Shown piece after piece: positions 63,670 to 64,000 of a DNA stretch of 64,000 nt (its first letter is position 1; each line of letters starts with the position of its first letter). The notes below the pieces were generated by a model. The model did not search any database and had not been told where the DNA came from. It saw only the letters and a list, made by a program, of their open reading frames with translations. The position numbers and the translations under genes are program-made. Origin of the DNA: Monocercomonoides exilis PA203 (Eukaryota > Protista > Preaxostyla); contig LSRY02000036.1 of assembly GCA_001643675.2 (NCBI GenBank), positions 186,001-250,000 on the forward strand, in the 5' to 3' direction.

Positions 63670-64000
63670 CGAGAATTAAGAGTTGACTGAGGTTTTGAAA
63701 AAGACATTTTTATTTTGAAAGTGTTTTAATTATGGTTTGATGATATTAGAAATTTATATACTGTTGTTTGAATTTATAATACATTTTTTTTTTATTTTTT
63801 TTGTGTTTTTTTGGCTTTGTGTTTATTCAAAGAAAAATTGACTAATAAAATATTCAAAGAGCTTCCAAAAATGAATTATTATTATTCAAAATTATCCTTC
63901 TAAAATTTGCTGACAAGTCAAAACTGACATGAATGTTATTTCGTTTTCCACATCATCAGGAAAAAAAATTTCCATCAAACAATAAATTATTAATTCTTTT

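Overview
AT-rich, intron-containing eukaryotic genomic DNA using the standard code (short GT-AG introns, poly-Ser/Glu low-complexity proteins). The gene families look like those of an oxymonad, probably Monocercomonoides; this is my inference, not a search result. A core of apparently intact host genes lies at 11.9-25.8 kb (NAK-family kinase, MORN-repeat protein, TRM5, a Cys-to-Ser pseudophosphatase, a Pho80/PCL-type cyclin), with a CTL/SLC44 transporter at 41-43 kb. The rest is accessory. It holds an intronless protein of 21 x 30-aa ankyrin-like repeats with hypervariable positions, several long-TIR MITE/foldback elements and a decayed pogo-type transposase. There are two complementary DIRS retroelement remnants, one bounded by 43-bp ITRs and a 559-bp duplicated palindromic flank. 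At 56-63.7 kb is a nested mobile locus: one reading frame fusing a C19 ubiquitin protease into a Sola-like DDE transposase. That frame is interrupted by a 3.5-kb TIR element (8-bp TSD) carrying a captured host gene fragment. Right after its stop codon lies a compact, G-U-rich, potentially pseudoknotted minus-strand RNA bounded by 10-bp direct repeats. This nested locus and the repeat protein are the best candidates for undescribed biology.
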